Shown: piece after piece, positions 33,138 to 45,000 of the stretch
How positions within the stretch are numbered: position 1 is the stretch's first letter
Layout of the letters: each line of letters opens with the position of its first letter
Assembly: GCA_965240325.2 (NCBI GenBank)
Contig: OZ251223.1
Coordinates: 3,410,001 to 3,474,000, forward strand
Reading direction: 5' to 3'
DNA from: Rebecca billardiae RCC1528
Lineage: Eukaryota > Protista > Haptophyta
Length of the DNA stretch: 64,000 nucleotides
Position numbers and translations under genes: made by a program
Notes under the pieces: model-generated
What the model was told of the DNA's origin: nothing
Database searches by the model: none
The model's input: only the letters and a program-made list of their open reading frames with translations

Positions 33138-35963
33138 TCAGCGTGCAACGCGCCCACACGTGTCTGCCTGGAGCGACATGCCCGGCAGCAGGCACGGGTC
33201 TGATGCGGTGCGCGGCTTCCATATCGGCTTGTACTGCAGCACGCTCCCAGGCGAGGGCCAGGGCACGTCTGCCGCCGCCGCGGCCGCCGCGCGGGACGGC
33301 AGCTCAAGCCCGCTCAGCCTCTCGAGCTCGTGCGCGAGGCCGAGCACCTCGTCAGGGAGGAGGTCGCCCTGCGCGAGCGCGAGCACGCCGCGCACCGAGG
33401 CGGCCAGGCTCGCGCCCTCCGCGAGCACGAGCGAGGGCGCGGCTGCGTCCAGCTCCCTGCGCACGTTCTCGCGCCGCGCGTGCCAGCCGGACGTCCACTG
33501 CGGCGGCGGCGCCGTGTCCAGCTTGTAGCGAACGTCACGCACCCACGTGGCAAAAGCTTGCGCGTCGGAGGCGGCGGAGGCGGGCGCGCCGTCGAGGGTG
33601 CTCGCGCCGTCCATGGCGGGCGCGAGCGTGCGCGTGTGCCGCGCGAACACGCGCATGAACCGGCGCGCGTACGAGGGCAGCGACTGCGAGAGGCCTCGGA
33701 AGGAGACGCGCACGCCGTCTCTGTTGAGCGAGACGTCGTACGCCAGCCCCGCGGGCGCGCCCGCCTCGGCGAGGCCGGCGACGGCGTGGTCGAGCGCCGC
33801 GAGCCAGAGCGCCTCGAGCGCGGCCACCTTTGCGCTCGCGCGCGCAGGACGGTCGGTGAGCAGCTGCAGCGTGAGCGCGGCCAGTGGCGCGCGCCGAGGT
33901 GGCGCGGCGCGCATCGGCAGCGAGCTCGGCACCGGCAGCGCGGGCGGTGAGAGCCAGATGCGCCAGCGCTCGTCCGCACGCAGCGGCACGGCCGCGGCGC
34001 CGAGCGGGACTGGCGGCTGCTGCGCGCGCAGCGCGGCGCCGCTCAGCGCGGCCGCCTCGAACGCCGGCCTCACCTCGCGCCACGCCGCATCGCGCGACGT
34101 GTCCGCGTAGAAGAGGCGCGGCCCGGGCGCGCCGTCGTCAGCGCGCGGCGGCGCGTTGCGCACGGTGAACATGCGGGCGGGCCGCACGCGCAGCGGGACG
34201 AGCGCGTTCCGCGCGGGCGGGCGGAGCCCGAGGGCCGCGGCGGCGCCGCGCGCGTCCGCCCCGCGCACCGTGCGCGCGCTCATGGGCCGCGCGAGGAACG
34301 GCGTGCCACACAGCGGCTCGACGCCGGCTAGCGTCTCCGGCCCGCTGCTGGCCGCGGCCGCAACCTCCGAGCCAGGCGGCGCGGTGACGAGCGCGAGCGC
34401 CGCGGACGGGCGCGCCATGGTGCGCAGCGCGGCGGCGACGGCCGCGCGCGCGCGCTCCACCTCGGCCGGCCGAACCGTCGCGCCCGGCGGCACGATCGGC
34501 CCCGCGCTGCTCGTGTGGCACGCGCCGACCGTGCCGAAGTCGTGCGCGTCCACGGCGAGCTCGATCGAGTCGGGCGCGCGCGGCGCCCACTCCCACGAGT
34601 GCAGCCGCGCAACCGTCGAGGCCTCGAGCAGCTTCTCGCGCGGGAGGCCGCCCGGGCGCGCGAGCATCGAGAGGTACGCGAAGATGGCCGCGAGCAGCGC
34701 CGAGCGCTGCCGCAGCCCGAGCTCCGTCGGCTCGATGTCGAGGGTGAGCAGCTGGAACGAGTCGCGCGCGCTCGCCGGCATGCTCAGCCGGAGCGCGCGC
34801 CCGGCGGACGGCGGAGGCACCCAGCCGCGCGCGGCGAGGGCGGCTTGGAGCGAGCCCGCGCTGCGCGCGCCGAGGATGCTCGCGAGTACGAAGGCGACCG
34901 CGCTGGGCGACGCCTGCGCCTCCGGCCCGGACGGCAGGCCGAGCGGCCACGCGAGCGACAGCCGCGGCCGCCGCGCCTGCTGCCCCGCCCCCTGCGGCAG
35001 CAGCACCTCGCGCCCGAGCTGCGCGGACAGGTAGGGCGGCACGTCCAGCCAGCGCGCGGGCTCGGCGGGCCCCGTGGCGGGGATGGCGCTGAACGGGCTG
35101 ACGAGACGGCGCATCGCCGCGAAGGACAGCGGCGCCACGACGCAGAGCACCATCGCCTCCGAGCGGTAGTGCCGCGCTCGGAACGCGGCGAGTGCGCGCA
35201 GCATGTCGAGCCGGCGCCCGTCGGCGAGCTGACCGCTCAGCGTGCGCGCTGAGCCCGCGCCAGGGCGTGAGAAGGGGTGCGCCGGGTTGCCCAGCGTCTT
35301 GAGCACGTACAGCTCGCGCGTGAGCTCGCTCGCGCCCTCGAGCTCGGCGTCGACACGGCCGACCTCGCGCTCGAGTGCCTCGGCCGTGAACGCGGGCCGC
35401 ACGAAGCCAGCCGCCAGCCGATCGAGCGCGCCCTCCAGGTCCTGCGTCTCGCACGTCAGGTGGAAGCACACGTAGTCCAGCGCGGTGAATGCATTGGACG
35501 CGCCCTCGCGCTCCGCGAGGTATCGCTCCAGCTCGCCGTCGGGGTACTTGGCATTGGCGGTGAATCCCATGTGCTCGCTCAGGTGCGCAAGGCCAGGCAG
35601 CTCTGGCGGGTCGCTGAACTGGCCGGCGCCGCCAATGCTGAGCGCCGCCTCGGCCCGGACCACGCGAGAGTCGCGGGCCAGCAGCACGCGCACACCGTTC
35701 GGCAAGCTGAGCTCGTGGTACGCGCGCGAGTCCGCGAAGGGCGACGCGGGCATTAGCTGCGGTGGCATCGACTGTGGCTGCACAGGCTGGGGCGCTGGGG
35801 TTGCGCCCTGCGCGGTCGGCGGCCCGAGGGTGGCGCCCGCCGAAACTGCGCCACTGGTGGCGAGGAACGCACGGCGAGACGACCACGACCATACCCGCGG
35901 CCGCGCCGCCCCCGGCAGCGCGAGCGCGAGCAGGGCGAGCGCGGTGACGCTTGGCGGGCGCAT
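33138..35963 (-). CDS. M16 (insulinase/pitrilysin family) zinc metallopeptidase with signal peptide and twin-arginine motif
   Basis: LPNGVRVLL, DPPELPGLAHLSEHM (HxxEH), SNAFT and HPFSR..GS..TL; N-terminus MRPPSVTALALLALALPGAA..SRRAFL. Confidence 0.88.
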   Translation of the reverse strand: MRPPSVTALALLALALPGAARPRVWSWSSRRAFLATSGAVSAGATLGPPTAQGATPAPQPVQPQSMPPQLMPASPFADSRAYHELSLPNGVRVLLARDSRVVRAEAALSIGGAGQFSDPPELPGLAHLSEHMGFTANAKYPDGELERYLAEREGASNAFTALDYVCFHLTCETQDLEGALDRLAAGFVRPAFTAEALEREVGRVDAELEGASELTRELYVLKTLGNPAHPFSRPGAGSARTLSGQLADGRRLDMLRALAAFRARHYRSEAMVLCVVAPLSFAAMRRLVSPFSAIPATGPAEPARWLDVPPYLSAQLGREVLLPQGAGQQARRPRLSLAWPLGLPSGPEAQASPSAVAFVLASILGARSAGSLQAALAARGWVPPPSAGRALRLSMPASARDSFQLLTLDIEPTELGLRQRSALLAAIFAYLSMLARPGGLPREKLLEASTVARLHSWEWAPRAPDSIELAVDAHDFGTVGACHTSSAGPIVPPGATVRPAEVERARAAVAAALRTMARPSAALALVTAPPGSEVAAAASSGPETLAGVEPLCGTPFLARPMSARTVRGADARGAAAALGLRPPARNALVPLRVRPARMFTVRNAPPRADDGAPGPRLFYADTSRDAAWREVRPAFEAAALSGAALRAQQPPVPLGAAAVPLRADERWRIWLSPPALPVPSSLPMRAAPPRRAPLAALTLQLLTDRPARASAKVAALEALWLAALDHAVAGLAEAGAPAGLAYDVSLNRDGVRVSFRGLSQSLPSYARRFMRVFARHTRTLAPAMDGASTLDGAPASAASDAQAFATWVRDVRYKLDTAPPPQWTSGWHARRENVRRELDAAAPSLVLAEGASLAASVRGVLALAQGDLLPDEVLGLAHELERLSGLELPSRAAAAAAADVPWPSPGSVLQYKPIWKPRTASDPCLLPGMSLQADTCGRVAR

Positions 35964-36162
35964 CTTTGTGCCACCGGCTGGCGCCTGATCACCAGCCTGA
36001 TCCAACCGAGCGGGAGGGCAAGGCGGGCCGGGTGCCTTCTTTGCGCTCGCCGCTCGCCGCCGGACTTTCACTTTTGCGCCCTGCATCGCCCCCCACCGAA
36101 GCCGACGCCGGTGCCGCGCCAACGCGCGGTCTGGCGCCACGGAACCCCGGCGTCGAAGCGAG

Positions 36163-37974
36163 ATGGCCCGACGCGGCGGGAACACATTTGACATCGAGGA
36201 CGAGGAGGAGGAGGTCTCCTCGACCGACGGGCTCACCGGCGCGAAGGGCGCTGCCCCGAAGAAGGGCGACGTGGTGGTCTCGGGCGCGCGCACGGGGGGC
36301 GGTGTCCTGGATCGCTTGCAACGGCAGCCGCTGCTGATCGTGGTGATGGTCGGCATCGTGGTGGCGCTGGTGGTCTTCTTCGCAGGCGCCGATCGCATCG
36401 CCGACCCGTCGCAGCTCAAGCTCGCGACATGGAACATCGCCGCCATCAACAACAACCCGTTTGAGTACTGGATCACTCACGACGACGCCGAGTACAAGAA
36501 GCTCATGTCGGACGTGCAGGACGTGATCGATACGCCCGGCGATGCGGACGTGCCGCTGAAGGAGGTGCTCACGGCCGACATGCTGGACGAGCTGAAAGGG
36601 CTCATGGCATCCGAGGGCTGGGGCGCGGTCGATGCGGCGGTCACGCACTGGCAGCAGGAGTACGCAGATCGCAAGATCGTCTCTGGCTTCATCAAGGACG
36701 GGAAGATCGGGAAGAAGCGGCTGGTGTCGATGCCGGACAGGATCACGAACACCATCAACCTGCGCGGCGGCGGCCTCGCGCACCGCCCCGCCGTCATCAA
36801 CTGCTACTCGAAGCGGTTTGGGAGCGAGAAGGAGTGGTGGTCGCAATGGAAGGCGTTCATGTTCAAGCAGCAGATCACGCTCAGCTCGGACAAGCGCGTG
36901 CGGCCGTGCGAGCTGCTGGGCACGATCCCGCGCGCCAAGTACCCCGACCTGAGCGAGTCGGAGGAGACCATGTCCAAGCCGCTCTCCACCATCGCGCAGG
37001 CCGCCTTCGACGCCATCCTCGTCCACCTGCTCGCGACGACCGCAGGAGGCGCGCACAAGGACAAGTGGCAGCCGCTGCGCTCGCAGATGTGCACGGCGCT
37101 CAACTCGAAGAAGAACGCGCGCACGGCAGAGATCCTGGGGGGCGCGCTGTACCGCGACGCCGATGTCATCTTCCTGCAGGAGGTTGCCGGCGCCTTCATC
37201 AAGACCATCCAGTCGTCCTCGCTCGGCACGCTCTTCGACGTGCGCGTCGCGTCGACCGCGGATGGCAAGCGCGACCAGAACTCCGCGATGCTGCTCCGCC
37301 GATCGCGCTTTGACGTCACGTCGGTGCTCGACCACACGGAGGAGTTCAACACGATCATCGGGCAGGCGGGGAAGAACGTGCCCATCGCCGCCGGCGACGT
37401 GCTCGTGCTCTCGGCGCGTGACACGTCGCGCAAGTCGAATGGCGTCGACGGCGTGCCGTACCTGCTCGCCTCCTTCCACGGCGACACGAACGGCCTGGCC
37501 ACGATCCCGGTGGTGAGCGCGCTGAGCAAGCTGGCGCAGCAGGAGAAGTTCGCGGGGTACGAGCTGCTCTTCGGCCTCGACGCCAACACGTACGCCAAGG
37601 GCTCGTCCTCCAAGCAGGACGTGCTCAAGTTTGCCGATGCGTACGGCGGGCTCGGCCTCACCTCGTGCTGGGGCGACCGACCGGACCCGAAGAACCACAC
37701 GACCTTCAACGCGCGCACCTACCTGCAGCCGCAGCTGAACAAGGCGGTGAAGCTCTCCGACATGGACCGCGACAACGTGGGCGACAAGAACCCGAAGGAC
37801 TTCATCCTCTTCACCAAGGGGAAGCACGAGGTCGTGGGTACGCGCAAAGACAACACGGGCAAGGGCGAGTACATCGAGGGGATGGTCTTCCCCACGCTGC
37901 AGTTCCCGTCCGACCACGGGCTGCTCACGACCATCCTGCGCGCGCTGCCGGACGCAGGGCACCCCGAGCCCTGA
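36163..37974 (+). CDS. Type II membrane endonuclease/exonuclease/phosphatase (EEP) superfamily protein
   Basis: TM segment LLIVVMVGIVVALVVFFA; EEP motifs ATWNI, DVIFLQE, SFHGD, GLDAN, DFILF and FPSDH. Confidence 0.85.
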   Translation: MARRGGNTFDIEDEEEEVSSTDGLTGAKGAAPKKGDVVVSGARTGGGVLDRLQRQPLLIVVMVGIVVALVVFFAGADRIADPSQLKLATWNIAAINNNPFEYWITHDDAEYKKLMSDVQDVIDTPGDADVPLKEVLTADMLDELKGLMASEGWGAVDAAVTHWQQEYADRKIVSGFIKDGKIGKKRLVSMPDRITNTINLRGGGLAHRPAVINCYSKRFGSEKEWWSQWKAFMFKQQITLSSDKRVRPCELLGTIPRAKYPDLSESEETMSKPLSTIAQAAFDAILVHLLATTAGGAHKDKWQPLRSQMCTALNSKKNARTAEILGGALYRDADVIFLQEVAGAFIKTIQSSSLGTLFDVRVASTADGKRDQNSAMLLRRSRFDVTSVLDHTEEFNTIIGQAGKNVPIAAGDVLVLSARDTSRKSNGVDGVPYLLASFHGDTNGLATIPVVSALSKLAQQEKFAGYELLFGLDANTYAKGSSSKQDVLKFADAYGGLGLTSCWGDRPDPKNHTTFNARTYLQPQLNKAVKLSDMDRDNVGDKNPKDFILFTKGKHEVVGTRKDNTGKGEYIEGMVFPTLQFPSDHGLLTTILRALPDAGHPEP

Positions 37975-39425
37975 GTCCGATGGCTGGGACGCGTCCCGGC
38001 CCGGGCCCGCCAGCTCACGCGCCTAGCAATCAGCACCGGCAGGGCACGCTGATGGGCGTACCCACTGGCGGCCGCCCAGGCTATCTCCACTTCTTCAGGC
38101 TGAGACGCGGGGCGGTGCAGGCCGCGGCAAGCTTTGCCGCTTTGCGCCTTACGAGCACTCGCATTCGCCGCGGCTGGACTTTGCCTGAGGCCGAGTCGCG
38201 GTGCGGCTCAACGGCGTTCTCAACAGGTTTACAGGCGCCCTGGGCAGTGGCAACGCCGCTGGATCAGTAACAGACACAGTATATCACTATATGCCGACTG
38301 TCAATCACTATTATTATAAGATGATTAAGAGACTCGACTGGCTGGACCGCGACCGAGTCGTGTCTTACTGTCGAGTGTACTCCGACACTGACACTGTACT
38401 GTCTGCTGCGGCGGTACTAGCCGCCGTGACCCTGGCCCCGGAGCGGCCCGGGGCCCCCGGGCCCAGTGTGTCAGGCTGAGTGTCGCGGGGCTGTGGTGCC
38501 CAGTGGGCCAGTGGCTGACGCCGGGCTGACGCGCCGCGGACGCGGTCATGCGGGTCACGGTGGGCACCGCCGCGAGTGACCGCGACGGCGCGCGGCGGAA
38601 CGTAGTAGTAGCGTTATGATATATACGTTCAATTGCTGACGCGCGGGCGTCCGCTAAATTATCCGATTATTCGAATTATAATCAGACGATAATCGGCCGG
38701 CCGCGACGCAAGTTCGTCAATTCGTGTATTTGATGAGTACACACTCGCTGACAGGCCCAGACCGAATCATCAGACAGTATGTTTATGTAATCGGAAATGA
38801 GTTGATTATACCAATACTGTAGACTTGACAATGAATTATTCCTGGTCAATATCAGTCACTGTCGTATCACACTGATTCTTGATTCTAAATCTAGCAAGGC
38901 CGCGGTCAAGCCATTCGATCGCGGTGCAGGCTATGCTCTGCCACCAACGCCGACTTAATGTCGACGATGGGGCACTGCCACCGACTGAATCAGGAGACCT
39001 GCGTCGTCCTACCTGTGTCGTTAAATCATAGAATGCAGAGAGTACTGATGCGAGTCACCTCAAGTCAAAGTGCCCGAGCAGTCGTGCACGTCGGAGGCTG
39101 TGTGCGACCCGGACTGACACCCGGTGGCCGGTGGCTGGTGACAGGCTATCGGCTAAGCTACTGAGCCACAGACTGAGTGAGACTACCGTTAGATAGAATG
39201 TCGTAGACCTCACGGTCAAGGTCAAGGACTCTCTCTCACACTCACTCTCTCAGGCAACTTGGTGATCAAGAGCGAGTCGCCATTATTGTTGGCGAAATCC
39301 ACGGTCCGGTGTCCGGTGTCCGGTGCAGGGGATCTCATCTCCCCCGCTGTGCTTAGCGGCGCTGCTCGACGAGGGCGGCGTTGTGCGAGCGCGGGCTTGA
39401 GCGCGCGCACGCCCGGGCCGGGGGG

Positions 39426-40575
39426 ATGACGACCAATGGGAACGAATCCGAGTTCAAGCGCATCCTCGTTACGGGCGGCGCTGGCTTCCTTGGTAGCGCG
39501 CTCTGCCGCCGCCTTGTGGCTGAGGGCCACGACGTGATCGCCCTCGACAACTTCTTCACGAGCCAGAAGACGAATCTGACGGACCTGCTGGACAAGCCAA
39601 ACTTCGAGCTGGTGCGCCACGACGTCACGCAGCCCTTCTTCATCGAGTGCGATCAGATCTACAACCTGGCCTGCCCGGCCTCGCCAGTGCACTACCAGTT
39701 CAACCCGGTGAAGACGATGAAGACGTCTGTGATGGGGATGATGAACATGCTTGGCCTCGCGAAGCGCGTGAAGGCACGCATCCTGCAGGCGTCGACGAGC
39801 GAGGTGTATGGCGATCCGGATGTGACGCCGCAGCCCGAGACTTACTGGGGGCACGTCAACTGCACGGGGGTGCGGTCGTGCTATGACGAGGGCAAGCGTG
39901 CGGCTGAGACCCTCTGCTTTGACTACCACCGGCAAAACGACGTCGATGTCCGCGTCATCCGCATCTTTAACACGTACGGGCCGGGGATGCACCCGTACGA
40001 CGGCCGCGTTGTCTCCAACTTCATTGTCCAGGCGCTCAACGGCCAGGACATCACGATCTACGGCGATGGCTCGCAGACGCGCTCGTTCTGCTTTGTGGAC
40101 GACCTGATCGAGGGCATCATCCGCTTCATGAACCAGGACGAGTACATCGGCCCGATGAACCTGGGCAACCCGACGGAGTTCACGATCAAGCAGCTGGCCG
40201 AGAAGACGATCGCCATGACGGGCTCGAAGTCGAAGCTCATCCACCAGCCGCTGCCCAACGACGACCCCAAGCAGCGCAGGTGCGCGCGTGCGCCCAGCCC
40301 TTGCTTGCCCCGGTGCAGCGGGCTCTCATGCCGGCCACCTGGGCTGACGCATCCCCCCTCGCGCGCGGCTGCGCACGCGCAGGCCGGACATCACCATCGC
40401 TCGCGATCTGATCAAATGGGAGCCGAAGGTGAAGCTCGAAGATGGTCTGAAGGACACCATCGCCTACTTCTCCTCGGTCGACATGCGCACCTTCAAGAAG
40501 CCGACCAAGCACGATGCGCACACCAACTCGGCGATGGAGGAATCATCGCAGAAGAAGAAGCGCAAGGTGGGCTGA
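39426..40575 (+). CDS. UXS1: UDP-glucuronate decarboxylase (UDP-xylose synthase), soluble form; intron 40280..40382
   Basis: [57 protein letters not shown] and DDPKQR|RPDI. Confidence 0.96.
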
Positions 40576-42006
40576 TGGGCATTCTAGACCTGCGCGCGCT
40601 GCTGTCCGCGGACTATCGGGGCGGCGCGTCGGGGTGCGCCCTGGCACCGACGCCGTTGTGCGTCGCCGAGCTTCCGAGATCGGCACACCGGTGTCTGCAG
40701 CGCGCGGCCGAGTGTGTACGTATGACGTACGATTGCCAGGGGCAGTGACCAAGTCCAAGTCCAAAACCAAGTCGTCCAAGACGGCGATTGATGAGTCGGC
40801 ATTGATCAGTCAGTCGCAGCATTCGACTCGGTCCCGGAGAGGAAAGACAGAGCCAATCGATTCCGACACGTGTGGCGACAGCAAGACTGCGCAGCTTGTC
40901 GCTTGACAGCTTGAGCTTCGGTTGCCCTCATGCAGACTCATGCCAGCCTGAGCCTGGCCCTGAGTACTCAGTAGTCGTAGACGAGTAGTCAGTCGGACAG
41001 TAGTCTGAGTAGACGTAGTGCATCAGGTCCGCCCAGTGAGTCACTGCCGCAGTGACACTGACAGTCTACTGACTACTGAGTACTGACAGTCGCCAACCCG
41101 GACCGGCCGGACCCGGTCCCGGACCCGGGCAACCGACGATTTACTGACGATACCGTCACCGTGTCCGTCACCGTGAACCGAGGCGGGCGAGGCAACACGG
41201 TGACGGTTACACGGTCGGCTTAGGCTAACTCTTAGGGGCCGTCAGGGCGGTAGTTCAGATGCTGTGACGACTCTGAAGTCAGGCAGGTAATATCATGCCC
41301 CGCGGCCGGCCGGCCCCAGCCCCGGGCGCCCCGGCGGCCCGCCCCCGCCGGCCGCCCCCGGCCCCCCGGGCCCGGTGGGCCGGTGAGGCGCGGAGGCGCT
41401 GACCGGCCACCGGGCACCGCGGCCCGACCGCGCCCGGAGGCCCGCGGACTCCGCGGAGGGCCGGCGCGCACCGCGAATGACGAATCCGACGGCGAATCGC
41501 CATCGGCATATATATCTGGACAGTCGGTCATATTCGGTCTTCGGATTCGGATTTCGGCGGTGGCCAAGCCGCCCGAGCCCGAGCCTGAGCCCGAGGCCGA
41601 GACTCGGTCTCGAGATCGGCCACGAGTGGCACGACTCATCACTACTCATGCCCGCTCATCGACATCGTCATAGCACTCATAGCCAGTTGCGACTCTGAGT
41701 CTGAGTCTGACTCTTCGGAGTTACTCGGTCACAGACACATCAGTGTCAGTGTCAGTAGTCAGACACTCGCGTCGAAAATGGCGGCGTCGATAACTCGATC
41801 GGACCGCGTGGCGCGTTACGACCGACGAGCGTCATCATTCAATTTCATAATAATGTGACGATGGTCTGATGTGGATCGACTGACAACGCAGCTGGCATCA
41901 TCACGTGTTCACGTTGCCCCGCCTCCGCAATCGCGGCCGCCAGTCGTCGCATCGGGCAGCAGTCTGCCTGCCACGCGCGCTGACCAGCACGGGCCCGTGC
42001 TCTCAC

Positions 42007-45000
42007 TCAGTGGGCAAATGCCGCGGGCTGTGCGAGGTTGACGCGCGGCTTGAAGTATCCGTCGGTGAAGAGATTCCTTGGCTCCGAGCGCCGGTCAGAG
42101 TACGTCTCCTGCTCGCAAGTGGTGGCAGGGACGGTGCGCGTGGACACAAACAAGAGTCAGTCACGGGAGGGCGGCTGGGTGGGTGGGCGGAGCACGCGGC
42201 GCGAGCGTGCTGCGCGCACCATCGGGTCGACCGCGCGCGTGAACGCGACATAGTTGATGCTCATGTCGTTGGAGTCGTCGAACTTCTCGTAGATGAGCTC
42301 CATCTGTGGTGGAGCGGGCGGCGTAGGCGAAGTGTGCTCGTCTCAGTCGCGTGCCGCGCGTGCGCGCGTGCGAGGGGCGCCGGCGGCGGAGAGGGCAGGC
42401 GCTCACCTGCTCCGGGGGCAGCTCGATGCCAGCCGTCGAGAGCGCCTGCCGGAACTGCTTCCTCGTCACGTGGTCTGCGGTCGTGGCCTTCATCCTGCGG
42501 CCAAGGCGCGGCGCGGCGGCGGGTGGGCGTCGTGGCTGCATGCGTGAGCGCCGCGCCTCCCCCCTCGCGCGCGGGCACGCACAGCCTGTGCAACTCCTCG
42601 CGGCTCTCCCCAAGCCCCGGGAGCCAGATCGCCGCGTGGCTGCGCGGCGTGCCGCGGCTGGCCCCGATGGCGGCGCGGCGCGCGCGCGTGCGCACGCACC
42701 TCGACTGCGCAAAGTCGGTGAAGAACGGCTTGAGCAGCACGCGCCGCGTGATGAAGCGGTGGCGGATGAGCGAGATGATCTCGGCGACGCGGGCCTCCTT
42801 CTCCTCGGAGAGCTGCGGCAGCGAGCGGTCGATCAGCAGCGGCGGCACGTCGGCGAGCGGGTCCTGCTCGAGCCCCGTGATGATCGGGTCGACGTCCGAG
42901 CTGAAGCGGCGCCAGTCGATGAGCAGCACGCCGCCGCCGCCGCGCTCCTTGCGCGCGTACTTGCTCACGAGCATGCCAAACTCCGCCTCGGTGAGCGCGA
43001 GGCCGGCGGTGTCAAAGCCCTGCGAGATGCCCGAGCGGAACTGGTCGATCGTCACCGCGCCCGAGTTCAGCCGGTCGTGATCGCGGAACGAGTCCTCGAT
43101 GCGCAGCCGCTGCGCCTGGCACTTTTTGCGCATCCGCGCGATCAGCGACTCGACCGTGTCGGCGGGCTTCTCGAGCAGCCGCGGCTGGTCGAGCGTGGTG
43201 GGCGGGCGGCCGGGCTGGTAGTCGAGGTGCTGCGAGGGCGGCTCGAGGACGCGCGGGTGGTGGTACCCGCACGTCGAGCGGATCGTCCGGCCGTTCTGCA
43301 GCCCGAGCGCCTCCGCCGGGTCGACGTCGTCGCAGAAGCGCACGTAGTCAAACGAGCCGTCGCGGCTCGAGTCGTACCGCTTGCACAGCAGCCGGTACTC
43401 CTCGTTCGTCAGCTCGAGGTCGAAGCGCGCGAGGCACTGGCGGAACTGCGTGATGGTGATGCGGTTGGTCATCATGGGCGACTTCTGGTTCCGCTCGAAG
43501 TCGCGCATCGGCGGCTTGAGCAGGATCGAGCGCCGCTTGACGGCCGCGGCGAAGCGCGCGATCACCTCGTCGACCACCGCCATCTCCTCGGCCGGCAGCT
43601 CGACGAGCGAGGTGTGCGTCACCACGCTGATCGGCACGTCGCGCGGGCGGCGCTCGAGCTCCTTGGCGGTGAACGCCTCGTTCACGTCGTCGACGAAGTC
43701 GCGCCAGCGCACCATCGTCACGCCGTCCACCGTCGTCTTGTACTGCGCTAGCAGCGCCTGCACCTGCGCCTCGGTCAGCGCCTTGCGCTTGTCAAACGCG
43801 GCGCGCAGCGCGACGCGGAACTGGGCGGGCGCGAGCTTGCGCGAGCGGTGCCGGTCGTGGTCGGCGAAGAACTCGTTGATGCGCAGGCCGTACTTCTTGG
43901 CCGCGACGCGCAGCTCGTGCACCACCTCCTCCGCGCTCGACGCCGCCTCCAGCTGCGATGGCAGCCGCGGCTCGTCCGCGAACGGCTGCGGCCTGCCCGG
44001 CTGCGCGTACGTGCCAAACGGCAGCCGAGAGTCGGTCGGCAGCACCTTGGAGCTGTTGAAGCCGCCCGGCCCGATCCCCGTGTTCCACTTGGACTGGCGC
44101 TGCGAGAACTGCTCGTAGTCGTCCATCTCGGAGCAGAAGAGCACGAAGTGCACCGTGCCGTCACCGTTCGTGTCGTACCGGTGGAAGAGCAGCTCGGCCT
44201 CGCGCGGGCTCACCGGGATGTTGAGCGCGGACAGCCCCTGCAGGAGCTGCGAGCGCGTCACGTGGTCGATCACGATCGGCGAGTTGGCGTTCTTCGAGAA
44301 GTCCTCGAGCGTGGGCTTGAGCAGGATCGAGCGGTCCTTGGTGAGCTTGCGGATGCGCGCGCGCAGCGCCTCCCACTCCGCCTCGCGCCCCGGCGGCGGC
44401 TCGCGCAGCCGGTCGGCGGCGCACAGCGAGTGCTGCCTCGGCTCGAGCAGTGGCTCCTGCTCGATGCCGCGCGGCGGGTCGATCAGCCGCTCCACGTCGT
44501 GGATGAAGTCGCGCCAGCGCACGGCGCTCGAGCCGTCGACGAGCCGGTCGCCGTACGCGGTGCAGAGCAGCTTGAACTCGCGCTCGGTCAGGTCGATGCG
44601 CATCCGGTCGAACGCCACCGAGAGCGCGACGCGGAAGGACGGGATCGGGATCTTGTTCGAGTTGAACTTGTCAAAGTCGGCAAAGAACTCCTTCAGCCGC
44701 AGCCGGTTCACCATCACCTTCTCGGCGAAGCGCGCCATGAGCGGCTCGAGCTCGTCGTGGGCCGGCGGGACCGTCGACGCCGCCGTCGACAGGCGCGGCT
44801 CGTCCAGCCCCACCGGCGGCCGCCCCGGCTGGTACTCCACCTTCGGGTCGACCGAGTAGACGTGCTCCTTGCGGTACCCCGAGCGGAACGTCGCGGTCGC
44901 GATCGAGCCGCCGAGCGCGGGCGGGAGCGCGGCGGCGACGGTCTCGTCGACGAGCACGGCGAACTCGACGTAGTTGACCGAGCCGTCGCGGTGCGTGTCG

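Noticed and set aside
35989-37962. Long antisense ORFs opposite real genes (also 24339-26201, 43848-45524, 51433-53058, 60565-61977)
   Set aside because: Expected shadows of high-GC3 coding sequence; no motifs.
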